Assembly: GCA_015063305.1 (NCBI GenBank)
Contig: SVUJ01000003.1
Location: 883-64,882 of the forward strand
Length of the DNA: 64,000 bases
Direction: 5' to 3'
Source: Oscillospiraceae bacterium
GTDB taxonomy: Bacteria > Bacillota > Clostridia > Oscillospirales > CAG-272
The notes beneath the pieces were generated by a model. The model saw nothing but the letters and a program-made list of their open reading frames with translations. It had not been told where the DNA came from and ran no database searches. Within the stretch, counting starts at the first letter, position 1. Every line of letters begins with the position of its first letter. A program made the translations under genes and the position numbers. Below are positions 50,075 to 60,042 of the stretch, one piece after another.

Positions 50075-50614
50075 TCAGAAATTATTGTTTTTCAGTATCT
50101 TTTCTGCGGTTGCCACAAGACGTACTCTGAGCCAGTCGGGCGAGAGTATTTTTATGTCCGAGTCGGTCGCAAGTACAGCGCCTATAAACATCTCAACGTT
50201 CTGAAACTCACATTCATAAAGATGCTTGGGCTTTTGTGTGACTATAAAAGGACGCATATTCATGACCGAAAGCCTGTCTTTTATCTCAAGCGTGGCGGTA
50301 TAAGGTATCTGCATCTGCAAAACAGAACGGTCTGCAAATCCGCCGCCAAAGCCGAAGCCACTCAGTACGTCCACGTAATCCGAGTCGTTTTCGGTTGCTA
50401 TAAATAAGGGAAGAGAGAACTCCGACTCGTAATAAAATCCCTTTCGGGTGTTGCTGTATTTGAGGGGGGCGTTCAACTCGCGGCGCAGATATTCTATATC
50501 TCTTTGCGCCTGGCGGTGGGATATATTGAATTTTTCAGCGATCCTCATCGCGTTGGGATAACAGTTTTCGCAAAGCTTTTTGTGCAGCCATTGAATTCTG
50601 AAATCTGCGTTCAT
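50075..50614 (-). CDS. HTH transcriptional regulator, YafY/WYL-family-like but apparently lacking the WYL domain
   Basis: N-terminal HTH (AMRIAEKFNISHRQAQRDIEYLR...KGFYY). The C-terminal ~70 aa resemble the WCX extension (IKILSPDWLRVRLVATAEKIL). It is only 179 aa. Confidence 0.55.
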   Translation of the reverse strand: MNADFRIQWLHKKLCENCYPNAMRIAEKFNISHRQAQRDIEYLRRELNAPLKYSNTRKGFYYESEFSLPLFIATENDSDYVDVLSGFGFGGGFADRSVLQMQIPYTATLEIKDRLSVMNMRPFIVTQKPKHLYECEFQNVEMFIGAVLATDSDIKILSPDWLRVRLVATAEKILKNNNF

Positions 50615-50616
50615 AT

Positions 50617-51516
50617 TTATATACCTTCCTGCAAATCAGTACTTTCTTCGGTGTTGTCGGTTATCTCGTCTTCACTATCTTCTACTAAAACTTCCTCGGG
50701 AGCAGCTTCTTCTGCGGGGATTCTCATCATAAGCGCAGCGCGGGTGATAAGATAGAGAAGTATGGGGCAGAGAAGAATATCGTAGGAGAGATATTCGGGG
50801 GTGGTCATCTTAGAGGAGATAATAGCGATTATCGAAGGAATTGCCTCCACGCCTACAAAAAAGATAGCCACAGAGGTTGAAAAGATATATAGCTTTTTCT
50901 TCATAGCGCCTGCCACACAGCGTGCCTCAGACATAAAGAAAAGCATAAGGGCAAGACAAGACATATGCATCATTATCTTATTGGGCGAGTTCATCTGAAC
51001 GAACACATCAAAATACGACATTGCCAGATAGAACACAAAAAGAAGCACAAGCAGCAGAGCGCCAAAGGGCTTGAACTCTGCCTTTTGATTTATGATATTA
51101 AGCGCAAAGTATCCCGCAGATACGAGAAGAAGCAAAGGTATCAGACAAGTCCAGAGAAATGACGAGTTGCCTATCCAGGTAATGAAATGCACGGGGGCTA
51201 TAACGAGCGAGGCAACCGCGCACAGCGCGCTTGCTACTTTGATAGAGATGGGAGTTTCTTGACCCGAGATATAAGGAGCATCCTTGGGCAGGAGCAGAGT
51301 GAGCACGAGTATGAGTACGGCAGCCACAAGGAAAAATATATTCGTGAGAATGGGGAGCAAAGCGCCTACGGCAAAATAACCTATATATGAGTCGAAAAAG
51401 AAAAGCAGACTAAGGCTTCGCAACACTATTCCGACAAAGGTGAGAGCGAACACCCCTGCCAAGAAGAAGCGGAGCTTATTCAAAGCTTTTTTATCTATAG
51501 CCATCTTTGTTTCCAT
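50617..51516 (-). CDS. polytopic membrane protein of unknown function with an acidic C-terminal tail
   Basis: About 8 hydrophobic helices. C-terminus EEAAPEEVLVEDSEDEITDNTEESTDLQEG. ATG at 51516 follows a GGAAGGG RBS; the track ORF starts at 51588. Confidence 0.6.
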   Translation of the reverse strand: METKMAIDKKALNKLRFFLAGVFALTFVGIVLRSLSLLFFFDSYIGYFAVGALLPILTNIFFLVAAVLILVLTLLLPKDAPYISGQETPISIKVASALCAVASLVIAPVHFITWIGNSSFLWTCLIPLLLLVSAGYFALNIINQKAEFKPFGALLLVLLFVFYLAMSYFDVFVQMNSPNKIMMHMSCLALMLFFMSEARCVAGAMKKKLYIFSTSVAIFFVGVEAIPSIIAIISSKMTTPEYLSYDILLCPILLYLITRAALMMRIPAEEAAPEEVLVEDSEDEITDNTEESTDLQEGI

Positions 51517-51664
51517 AAGTAAGAACCCTTCCAAAAGATAATAATTCAATATAATTATACACCCGATTTTTGAACGCATTGTAAACAAAATCTTTTTTTA
51601 TGATTTTAATCTTCACTTTTTTTAAATTTTGTGAAAATAAAGCTTTAATAGAGAGAAAAATAAG

Positions 51665-51693
51665 TTGACTTTAACAGAGTAATATGATATAAT
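51665..51693 (+). promoter_or_regulatory. sigma-70-type promoter of the 95-aa gene
   Basis: TTGACT, 17 nt, TATAAT. Confidence 0.5.
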
Positions 51694-51744
51694 GTAAAAG
51701 GTATGAAATAGTACGAACGATAATTGAGAAGGGAGTAATATATA

Positions 51745-52032
51745 ATGGCGGAAGAAAAGGCTACGGTCGGCGGCAAGTATCTTGAATACAAGGGTAAGCC
51801 GTTGGTTCGCGAGGGTGATACGATCTGTTACGGCGATATGACCGATAAATACGTTCTTATACTTGAGATAATGTCATATAAAGAGGTTGACGGTGTCAGC
51901 GTTCCCGACGATATCTTTATACAGATAATCAATCCTAAAAATTCGGGAGATATTAAAAATCAGGGCTCTAAAAAGGGACTTTACGATGCTATGGGCATCG
52001 GTCTTGTATGGTTGGAGAGGGCTTTGATGTGA
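51745..52032 (+). CDS. hypothetical 95-aa soluble protein
   Basis: ORF with a GAAGGGAG RBS, its own promoter and its own terminator. No recognisable motif. Confidence 0.5.
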   Translation: MAEEKATVGGKYLEYKGKPLVREGDTICYGDMTDKYVLILEIMSYKEVDGVSVPDDIFIQIINPKNSGDIKNQGSKKGLYDAMGIGLVWLERALM

Positions 52033-52050
52033 TGCTTGACGGGCAAGGTG

Positions 52051-52094
52051 CAGGAACTGTTGCTTAATGTGGCGGCAGTTCCTGTTATTTTGTT
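52051..52094 (+). terminator. terminator after the 95-aa gene
   Basis: CAGGAACTG pairs with CAGTTCCTG, followed by TTATTTTGTT. Confidence 0.7.
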
Positions 52095-52171
52095 CAAGTT
52101 GAACATATAAATGCTACAAAATGCCTGATTTGAGTGCATTTTGGAGAAATGTGAAAAAATTCCCAAAAACA

Positions 52172-52200
52172 TTGACTTATTCGCTTTAATGTGTTATCAT
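52172..52200 (+). promoter_or_regulatory. sigma-70-type promoter of the his operon
   Basis: TTGACT, 17 nt, TATCAT, with an extended-10 TG. Confidence 0.55.
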
Positions 52201-52238
52201 ACTAAAGTAATTATTATAATATCCTTGGAGGCGAAAAA

Positions 52239-52532
52239 ATGGATAATAATGAAAAAGAAGGACTTAGACTTTTGATAAAGGCTCTGCTTGCGCTTGAAAA
52301 CGAGCAGGAGTGCATAGAGTTCCTTGAGGACATAATGACACGCAAGGAAATGATGGACATAGCGCAGCGTATACTCGTTGCGAAGATGCTCTCCGAGCAG
52401 GTCGTATATAATAAGATAGTTGACGAAACGGGAGCAAGTACCGCAACCATAAGCCGTGTTAACAGATGCTATAATTACGGCTCGGGCGGTTACGCGAGAA
52501 TACTTGACAGAATTAAAGAGGAAAACAGATGA
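52239..52532 (+). CDS. TrpR-related YerC/YecD family DNA-binding protein, first gene of the his operon
   Basis: LLALENEQECIEFLEDIMTRKEMMDIAQRILVAKML...GASTATISRVNRCYNYGSGGY is typical of the YerC/YecD family. Its stop overlaps the hisZ start (ATGA). Confidence 0.8.
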   Translation: MDNNEKEGLRLLIKALLALENEQECIEFLEDIMTRKEMMDIAQRILVAKMLSEQVVYNKIVDETGASTATISRVNRCYNYGSGGYARILDRIKEENR

Positions 52533-53653
52533 GCATATCCGATCTGGTTTTGAAAAACGACGAAAAGGCTATTTTCGGACTTAGAGAGCTTTACAGCAGC
52601 TACGGCTATATGAAGTATAAGGTCAGTAAATTTGAAGAGTATGACCTTTACGCGAGAAATAAGAGCTTTCTTATAAGTGAGAATATACTTACCTTTACCG
52701 ATACAGACGGCAGACTTATGGCGCTCAAGCCCGACGTAACGCTGTCGATAATCAAGAATATCGGAAACGGACAGCAAGGAACACATAAGCTTTACTATAA
52801 CGAGAATGTTTACCGTACCTCTGCCTCGGCTGACGGCTTCAGAGAGATAATGCAGACAGGGCTTGAGTGTATAGGAGATATAGACCTTTATGCTATGAGC
52901 GAGGTAATAACTCTCGCGCAGAAAAGTCTTGATACGATAAGCGGGGATAATATCCTTGACTTGTCGCATATGGGCTTTGTGCTTGGACTTATGGAAGAGC
53001 TGGGTATCCTTGACGCCGATGCGGATATACTTGTTGGCTATATCGGACACCGAAACATTCCCGCAATCAAAGCGTTCTGTGCCGATAGAGGACTTAGCGA
53101 AGGGGATACAGCTAAGATATGTAAGATGACCGAGCTTTATGCGCCTATAAAGGATGCGCTTTGGGCTGTTTCGGATATGGTTTGCGGAGATAGAATGCGC
53201 GCGGCATTTGACGAGCTTTCGGGAATATGCAGAATACTTGACGCATCGGGAGATACCGATAGAATATATCTTGATTTCTCGACCGTTAACGATATGAACT
53301 ATTATAACGGAGTTATATTCAAGGGATTTGTAAAAGGTATACCCGACAGTATCCTTTCGGGCGGAAGATATGACAGTCTTATGGCGAAGATGGGCAAGAA
53401 GGCGGGAGCTATAGGCTTTGCCGTTTACCTTGATATGCTTGAAAGACTTCCTTGCGATGAGCGCAGATACGACGTTGATACCGTTCTGCTTTATGACGCT
53501 GCTGATGCTGAGCTTGTTATGAAGATAGCGGATGAGCTTCGAGCCGAGGGCAAGAGCGTTAAGATCGAGAGGGGAGCGACGGGTAACGTCAGATACAAGC
53601 AGCTCCTCAAAGTAAATGGGGAAGGAGTTGAGATCCTTGAAGCAAATGATTAA
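52529..53653 (+). CDS. hisZ: ATP phosphoribosyltransferase regulatory subunit
   Basis: HisRS-like catalytic-core paralogue lacking an anticodon-binding domain, placed directly before a short-form hisG. Confidence 0.85.
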   Translation: MSISDLVLKNDEKAIFGLRELYSSYGYMKYKVSKFEEYDLYARNKSFLISENILTFTDTDGRLMALKPDVTLSIIKNIGNGQQGTHKLYYNENVYRTSASADGFREIMQTGLECIGDIDLYAMSEVITLAQKSLDTISGDNILDLSHMGFVLGLMEELGILDADADILVGYIGHRNIPAIKAFCADRGLSEGDTAKICKMTELYAPIKDALWAVSDMVCGDRMRAAFDELSGICRILDASGDTDRIYLDFSTVNDMNYYNGVIFKGFVKGIPDSILSGGRYDSLMAKMGKKAGAIGFAVYLDMLERLPCDERRYDVDTVLLYDAADAELVMKIADELRAEGKSVKIERGATGNVRYKQLLKVNGEGVEILEAND

Positions 53654-54269
53654 CGTGGCGCTTCCCAAGGGAAGACTTGGAGAGAAGGCGTACAATATAT
53701 TTGAAGCGGCGGGATATGAGTGTCCTTCGATTCGTGAGGAAAACAGAAAGCTTATATTTGAAAATGAAGAAAAAGGGATACGGTATTTCTGGGTAAAGCC
53801 TTCCGATGTTGTAATATACGTTGAGAGGGGCGCGGCGGATATCGGAATTGCGGGAAAGGATATCATTCTTGAATATTCTCCCGACATATACGAGCTTGCC
53901 GACCTTGGAATGGGCAAATGCCGTATGGCAGTCGCTTGTAAGAAGGATTTTTGCGATAACCGCGACAGAACGCTCAGAGTAGCGACCAAATTCCCGAATA
54001 TAGCAAAAAGATATTACAATCTGCAAAGCAGAGAGATAGACATAATAAAGCTCAACGGCTCTATAGAGCTCGCTCCTATCCTCGGACTTTCCGACGTGAT
54101 AGTCGATATAGTGGAAACGGGAAAAACTCTTTATGAGAATGACCTTGAGCCCAGAGAAACTATAGTAGATATAAGCGCGCGTCTTGTTGCGAATAAGGTG
54201 AGCTACAAATTCAAAAATGCCGAGATCACACGTATGTGTGAGAAGATAGCCGAGCAGATAAAGGCTTAA
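53646..54269 (+). CDS. hisG: ATP phosphoribosyltransferase, short form
   Basis: MINVALPKGRL...; 207 aa; DIVETGKTL motif. The ATG overlaps the end of hisZ. Confidence 0.9.
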   Translation: MINVALPKGRLGEKAYNIFEAAGYECPSIREENRKLIFENEEKGIRYFWVKPSDVVIYVERGAADIGIAGKDIILEYSPDIYELADLGMGKCRMAVACKKDFCDNRDRTLRVATKFPNIAKRYYNLQSREIDIIKLNGSIELAPILGLSDVIVDIVETGKTLYENDLEPRETIVDISARLVANKVSYKFKNAEITRMCEKIAEQIKA

Positions 54270-54280
54270 GGAGAGATTTT

Positions 54281-55570
54281 ATGATAAAGACATATAAATA
54301 CGGAGAGGTGTCTGACTCTGAGATATTCAGCAGAGTAGTTCCCGAGGTCGACGTTACGTCTATAGTTTCTGATATAATCGCAAACGTCCGCGCTAATGGA
54401 GATAAGGCTATACTTGCGTATTGCGAGAGATTTGATAAGGCAAAGCTCTCCTCACTTGAGGTCAGCGAAGCTGAGATAGAGGAAGCGTATTCGATAGTCG
54501 AGCCCGAGTTTAAGGAGATAATGGAGAAGGCGGCAAAGAATATTTACGCCTTTCACAAAAGACAGGTTCGCAACAGCTTTGTTATAAACGAGCAGGACGG
54601 CGTGGTCATAGGTCAGAAGGTAGAGCCTATCGAGAAGGTGGGGCTTTACGTTCCGGGCGGAACGGCGGCATATCCGTCCTCTGTGCTTATGAACTGTATA
54701 CCTGCCAAAATAGCGGGCTGCTCCGAGATAGTTATGGTAACTCCGCCCTCGGCTGACGGTAAGATAAATCCCGCAATACTTGCGGCTGCAAAGATAGCGG
54801 GAGTTGACAGAATATTTAAGATGGGCGGCGCTCAGGCGGTTGCCGCACTCGCATACGGAACAGAGTCTGTTCCGAAGGTCGATAAGATAGTAGGCCCGGG
54901 AAATGCCTTTGTTGCCGAGGCAAAAAGACAGGTATTCGGTATAGTTGCGATAGATATGATCGCAGGGCCGAGCGAGATAATGGTAGTTGCCGACGGAAGC
55001 TGTGACGCCGACGTGGTTGCAACAGACCTGCTCTCTCAGGCAGAACACGACCGTTTGGCGAGCGCTGTGCTGGTTACCGACAGCGAAGAGCTTGCAAAGG
55101 AAGTGAGCGAGGCGCTTGAGAGGATAATCCCCACGCTTTCGAGAAGCGAGATAGCAAGAGCTTCTATAGATAATAATGGAAAGATAATAGTGGCGAAGGA
55201 TCTTGACCTTGCTATTGAGGTTGCTAACAGGATAGCGCCCGAGCATCTTGAGGTATGTGTGGACAACCCTTTTGATTATCTCTCCAAGATACGCAACGCG
55301 GGTTCGATATTTATGGGCAAGAACTGTCCCGAGGCACTCGGCGATTACTTCGCAGGTCCTAACCACACGCTTCCCACAAGCGGAACCGCAAGATTTTCAA
55401 GTCCGCTTTCGGTAGACGATTTCGTCAAGAAGTCGCAGTTCACCTATTATACCGAGGAAGCGCTTTCTAAGGTCTGTGAGGACGTAGCGTACTTTGCTAA
55501 AAAAGAAGGACTTACAGCGCACGCGGCAAGCGCGGTAGTACGCTCGGAGAAAAAGAAGAATAAAGCTTAA
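54281..55570 (+). CDS. hisD: histidinol dehydrogenase
   Basis: Signature segments IDMIAGPSEI, QAEHD and APEHLE. Confidence 0.93.
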   Translation: MIKTYKYGEVSDSEIFSRVVPEVDVTSIVSDIIANVRANGDKAILAYCERFDKAKLSSLEVSEAEIEEAYSIVEPEFKEIMEKAAKNIYAFHKRQVRNSFVINEQDGVVIGQKVEPIEKVGLYVPGGTAAYPSSVLMNCIPAKIAGCSEIVMVTPPSADGKINPAILAAAKIAGVDRIFKMGGAQAVAALAYGTESVPKVDKIVGPGNAFVAEAKRQVFGIVAIDMIAGPSEIMVVADGSCDADVVATDLLSQAEHDRLASAVLVTDSEELAKEVSEALERIIPTLSRSEIARASIDNNGKIIVAKDLDLAIEVANRIAPEHLEVCVDNPFDYLSKIRNAGSIFMGKNCPEALGDYFAGPNHTLPTSGTARFSSPLSVDDFVKKSQFTYYTEEALSKVCEDVAYFAKKEGLTAHAASAVVRSEKKKNKA

Positions 55571-55582
55571 ACAGGAGAGCAT

Positions 55583-56647
55583 ATGAGCCGATATCTTAAT
55601 GATAAATATATGGGGCTTGAGGAGTACGTTCCGGGCGAGCAGCCTAAGGATATGAAGTACGTCAAGCTCAATACCAACGAGTCGCCTTTTCCCCCTTCAG
55701 AGGGAGTGGTCGAGGCAATAAATGCTGATAACGCAATGCTTCTCAAGCTCTATCCCGACCCCGATTGCGCGGAGCTCAGGGAGAAGATCGCAAACCTTTT
55801 CGGATATAAAAAGGAAAACGTTTTTGTTTCAAACGGATCTGACGATATCCTTAACTTTTCATTTATGGCGTTTTGCTCGGAGGGCAGTCACGCGGTAGTA
55901 TTTCCCGATATAAGCTACGGATTTTATAAGGTATACGCCGAGCTTTACGGCGTTGATTATACACAGATACCTCTTAAGGAAGACTTTTCGATAGATCCCG
56001 AGGATTATATCGGAATTGGCAAGAATATAGTTATCGCAAACCCCAACGCGCCCACAGGACTTGCGCTTTCAAGGGATACGGTGGAGAGAATAGTAAACTC
56101 AAATCCCGATAACGTTGTAGTTATAGACGAGGCGTACGTGGACTTCGGCGCTGAGAGCTGTGTGGGGCTTGTTAATAAGTACGACAACCTTTTGGTGGTC
56201 AGAACCTTCTCAAAATCCTATTCGCTTGCGGGAGCAAGACTTGGGTTTGCAATAGGCTCTGCGGGACTTATAGCAGACCTCAATAAGATAAAATATTCCA
56301 CAAATCCCTATAACATCAACAGACTTTCAATGATAGCGGGCTGTCGTGCTATAGACGAGAACAGATATTATATGAATAACTGTAAGCTCATAGCGCGTAC
56401 ACGCGCAAGAGTTACCGAGGAGCTCAGAGAAATGGGATTTGAGGTGCTTGACTCCTGCTCAAACTTTATATTTGCGAGAAGCCCCGAAATATCGGGTGAG
56501 GAGCTTTACCTTGAACTTAAATCGAGAGGTGTCCTTGTAAGACATTTCGGCGCTGAGCGTATCAAGGAATTTAACCGTATCACGATAGGTACGGATGATG
56601 AAATGAACGTTTTCCTGCGCACAACGAGAGATATTCTCGGCAAGTGA
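55583..56647 (+). CDS. hisC: histidinol-phosphate aminotransferase
   Basis: Class-II aminotransferase with VKLNTNESPFPPS and the PLP-lysine region TFSKSYSLAGARLG. Confidence 0.9.
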   Translation: MSRYLNDKYMGLEEYVPGEQPKDMKYVKLNTNESPFPPSEGVVEAINADNAMLLKLYPDPDCAELREKIANLFGYKKENVFVSNGSDDILNFSFMAFCSEGSHAVVFPDISYGFYKVYAELYGVDYTQIPLKEDFSIDPEDYIGIGKNIVIANPNAPTGLALSRDTVERIVNSNPDNVVVIDEAYVDFGAESCVGLVNKYDNLLVVRTFSKSYSLAGARLGFAIGSAGLIADLNKIKYSTNPYNINRLSMIAGCRAIDENRYYMNNCKLIARTRARVTEELREMGFEVLDSCSNFIFARSPEISGEELYLELKSRGVLVRHFGAERIKEFNRITIGTDDEMNVFLRTTRDILGK

Positions 56648-56674
56648 TATCTAAATTCAGAAAGGCAGAAGATT

Positions 56675-57262
56675 ATGAGAAAGAGCGAGATACTCAGAAA
56701 AACGGGAGAAACCGACATCAAACTTAATATAGAGCTCGACGGCACCGGCAAGAGCGAGATAAAAACAGGCTGCGGTTTTATGGACCATATGCTCACGCTT
56801 TTTGCAAAGCACGGAAGATTTGATCTGGACGTTAGCTGTATCGGCGACTGCGAGGTGGATTATCACCACAGCGTGGAGGATATCGGTATATGCCTCGGTA
56901 AGGCTTTTTCACAGGCACTCGGAAATTGCGCGGGTATAACACGCTATGCGGATATAGTTCTTCCTATGGACGAAGCGCTCGTGATGTGCGCGGTAGATAT
57001 ATGCGGACGCGACACGCTTGTTTGTAAGCTCGATATACCTACTACCAAGGTGGGGGATTTTGATACCGAGCTTGTGGAGGAGTTCCTTATCGCATTCGTA
57101 AGAAATGCGAAGTTATCCCTGCACATAAGACAGCTTGAGGGAAGAAATTCCCACCATATAATCGAGGCTGTATTCAAGGCACTTGGAAGAACGCTTGGCA
57201 AGGCAATTGCGATAGATGCGGCAAGAGCGGACGAGATACCCTCAACGAAAGGTGTAATATGA
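56675..57262 (+). CDS. hisB: imidazoleglycerol-phosphate dehydratase
   Basis: RKTGETDIKLNIELDG..., DxHH(S)VEDIGI and HHIIEAVFKALG motifs. Confidence 0.93.
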   Translation: MRKSEILRKTGETDIKLNIELDGTGKSEIKTGCGFMDHMLTLFAKHGRFDLDVSCIGDCEVDYHHSVEDIGICLGKAFSQALGNCAGITRYADIVLPMDEALVMCAVDICGRDTLVCKLDIPTTKVGDFDTELVEEFLIAFVRNAKLSLHIRQLEGRNSHHIIEAVFKALGRTLGKAIAIDAARADEIPSTKGVI

Positions 57263-57870
57263 TAGCGATTATAGATTACGGCGTTGGCAATCTGTTTTCT
57301 CTCGTAAGCTCCTTTGCTTATATCGGAAAGGACGCAAAGCTCACCGCAGACCCCGAGGAGATAAAGAGTTCTGACAGAATAATACTTCCGGGAGTGGGCG
57401 CATTTGCCGATGCGGCGCAAAAGCTCCGCGACAGCGGACTTTGGGACGTTGTTTGCGAAGAGGTCAAGTCGGGCAAGCCCTTGCTTGGAATATGCCTTGG
57501 TATGCAGATGCTCTTTGAGCGTAGCTATGAGTACGGAGAGCACGAGGGACTTGGGCTTATATCGGGCTCAGTCAGACCTATGAACGAGGTCGTTCCGAGC
57601 GAATTCAAGATACCGCAGATAGGCTGGAATTCACTAAAATTCCACGGAGAGAAGAGTAAGCTCTTTAAGTATATAAATGAGGGCGATTTCGTGTATTTCG
57701 TCCACTCATATCACGGGTGCGACTGTGATGACGCCTTGATAGCGAGTACCGAATACGGCGCGCAGATAACTGCGGCGGTAGCATCGGGCAACGTTTACGG
57801 AACACAGTTCCATCCCGAAAAGAGCGGAGAAGTGGGACTTGCCATTCTTCGCGCATTCTGCGAGATATAA
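57259..57870 (+). CDS. hisH: imidazole glycerol phosphate synthase, glutaminase subunit
   Basis: IAIIDYGVGNLFS, GICLGMQ (catalytic Cys) and FHPEKS motifs. Confidence 0.93.
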   Translation: MIAIIDYGVGNLFSLVSSFAYIGKDAKLTADPEEIKSSDRIILPGVGAFADAAQKLRDSGLWDVVCEEVKSGKPLLGICLGMQMLFERSYEYGEHEGLGLISGSVRPMNEVVPSEFKIPQIGWNSLKFHGEKSKLFKYINEGDFVYFVHSYHGCDCDDALIASTEYGAQITAAVASGNVYGTQFHPEKSGEVGLAILRAFCEI

Positions 57871-57886
57871 GATTTGGAGAATACAG

Positions 57887-58612
57887 ATGAAATTATTTCC
57901 TGCAATAGATTTGATAGGCGGCGAGGCGGTACGCCTTGTAAGGGGCGACTATGCAAAGGTCACCGTTTACAGCCACGCCCCCGAAGAGGTGGCGCGCGGC
58001 TTTGAGGAGTGCGGGGCTGAATATCTGCACGTGGTAGATCTTGAGGGCGCACGCGACGGCTCGCTCGCAAATCTCGAAACTATAAAAAAGATAATAGACA
58101 GCACGAAGCTTTTCGTTGAGGTCGGCGGTGGTATCCGTTCTATAGAGACTGTTGAGAAGTATATCTCGGCGGGCGCTGACAGAGTTATTATCGGAACGGC
58201 GGCGGTAACAGATCCCGAATTTTTAGAAGAGGCTGTAGCAAAGTACGGCGAAAGAATAGCGGTCGGCGTTGACATTAAGGACGGAATGGTTGCTATCAAG
58301 GGCTGGACTGAGAAGTCGGAGCTTGGTTGCTTTGAGTTTTGCGAACGCCTTTCGGCGCTCGGTGTCAAGACGGTAATATGCACCGATATATCAAAGGACG
58401 GACTTCTCGGGGGCACTAATCTTGAGCTCTATGCCGAGATGTCGGAGAAGTTCAATATGGATATAACCGCATCGGGCGGAGTTTCCTCGCTTGACGATAT
58501 AAGAAAGCTCTCAAAGATGGGAATGTATGGCGCGATACTCGGTAAGGCGCTCTATACAGGTGACGTTGACCTCAGAGAGGCATTGGCTGCCGCGGCGGAG
58601 GTAGGAGAATGA
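57887..58612 (+). CDS. hisA: ProFAR isomerase
   Basis: MKLFPAIDLIGGEAVRLVRGDY. ATG at 57887 follows a GGAGA RBS. Confidence 0.92.
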   Translation: MKLFPAIDLIGGEAVRLVRGDYAKVTVYSHAPEEVARGFEECGAEYLHVVDLEGARDGSLANLETIKKIIDSTKLFVEVGGGIRSIETVEKYISAGADRVIIGTAAVTDPEFLEEAVAKYGERIAVGVDIKDGMVAIKGWTEKSELGCFEFCERLSALGVKTVICTDISKDGLLGGTNLELYAEMSEKFNMDITASGGVSSLDDIRKLSKMGMYGAILGKALYTGDVDLREALAAAAEVGE

Positions 58613-59367
58613 TAACCAAAAGAATAATCCCTTGCCTTGACGTAAGAGACGGCAGAGTAGTAAAGGGAGTGAATTTTAAGGGCGTTTCCGACGTTTCATC
58701 TCCCGTGAAGCTTGCTAAGTATTATAGCGACAGCGGAGCTGACGAGCTTGTTTTTTACGATATAACCGCTTCCTTTGAGGGCAGAGCTCTCTTTACCGAT
58801 ATACTGTGTGAGGTGGCGAGAACCATATTTATCCCGCTCACGGTTGGCGGCGGTATAAACACGGTCGATGATTTTGACAGAGTTCTCAAGTGCGGAGCTG
58901 ATAAGGTCAGCGTAAACTCGGGAGCTATACGTAATCCTTCGCTGATATATGAGGCGGCGAGAAAATACGGAGATCAGTGTGTCGTGCTCTCTGTTGACGC
59001 CAAGAGAGTTGACGGACAGTTCAGAGTGTTCGCCAAGGGCGGACGCGAGGACACTGGAATGGACGCTATAGAGTGGATAAAGCAGGGAGTTGCGTCGGGC
59101 GCGGGAGAGATAGTTCTTAACAGTATAGACACCGACGGAGTGAAAAAAGGCTTTGATCTCGAAATGCTTGACGCTGTGTGTAATGCAGTGAACGTTCCTG
59201 TTATAGCTTCGGGCGGAGCAGGCGGTGTTGCGGATTTCGTAACACTCTTCAACGCCATTCCCAAGGTCGACGCGGGACTTGCGGCGTCTATCTTCCACTT
59301 TGGCGAGGTAGAGATAAAAGACCTTAAGCAAACGCTTTATGAAAACGGTATCAATGTCAGAAGATGA
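58609..59367 (+). CDS. hisF: imidazole glycerol phosphate synthase, cyclase subunit
   Basis: KRIIPCLDVRDGRVVKGVNF and ASGGAG motifs. Confidence 0.93.
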   Translation: MITKRIIPCLDVRDGRVVKGVNFKGVSDVSSPVKLAKYYSDSGADELVFYDITASFEGRALFTDILCEVARTIFIPLTVGGGINTVDDFDRVLKCGADKVSVNSGAIRNPSLIYEAARKYGDQCVVLSVDAKRVDGQFRVFAKGGREDTGMDAIEWIKQGVASGAGEIVLNSIDTDGVKKGFDLEMLDAVCNAVNVPVIASGGAGGVADFVTLFNAIPKVDAGLAASIFHFGEVEIKDLKQTLYENGINVRR

Positions 59368-59391
59368 TATAAAACCCAAAGGAGATTTAAT

Positions 59392-60042
59392 ATGCTCAAT
59401 ATTGACGAACTTAAATTTGACGAAAAGGGGCTTATCCCCGCGGTAGTTGTGGACGCCGACTCTAAAAAGGTGTTGACGGTTGCCTATATGAACCGCGAGA
59501 GCCTTGAGATAAGCATAAAAGAGGAGATGACCTGCTTCTGGTCGCGTTCAAGACAGGAGCTTTGGAGAAAGGGAGCAACCTCGGGCAACCGCCAGCACAT
59601 AGTAAATATTATGGCTGACTGTGACCGCGACGCGCTCACCGTGCTCGTTCGAAAGGACGGCCCTGCCTGCCACACAGGCGCGGACTCCTGCTTCAACGAT
59701 TACGTCTTCGAGAGCGACAAGCTTCCCAACTTCTCGCTTGAAGGGCTTATGACCCTTATTGAGGGCAGAAAGACCGAGAAGAAAGAGGGCTCTTATACCA
59801 CGTACCTCTTTGAAAAGGGAATAGATAAGATACTCAAAAAGGTTGGAGAAGAGTGTACAGAGGTAATTATCGCGGGTAAGGCTGACGATAAGGCTGAAAC
59901 GATATACGAGATATCCGACCTCGTTTACCACGTTATGGTGCTTATGATAGAGATGGGAATATCCCTTGAGGATATCAAGCGCGAGCTTGCTTCCCGCCAC
60001 GTTATCGACCATAAGGTAAAACAGGAGAAGATGACAAAATGA
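59392..60042 (+). CDS. hisI: bifunctional phosphoribosyl-AMP cyclohydrolase / phosphoribosyl-ATP pyrophosphatase
   Basis: HisI part ([22 protein letters not shown]...[12 protein letters not shown]) fused to a HisE part (EECTEVIIA...[13 protein letters not shown]). Confidence 0.92.
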   Translation: MLNIDELKFDEKGLIPAVVVDADSKKVLTVAYMNRESLEISIKEEMTCFWSRSRQELWRKGATSGNRQHIVNIMADCDRDALTVLVRKDGPACHTGADSCFNDYVFESDKLPNFSLEGLMTLIEGRKTEKKEGSYTTYLFEKGIDKILKKVGEECTEVIIAGKADDKAETIYEISDLVYHVMVLMIEMGISLEDIKRELASRHVIDHKVKQEKMTK

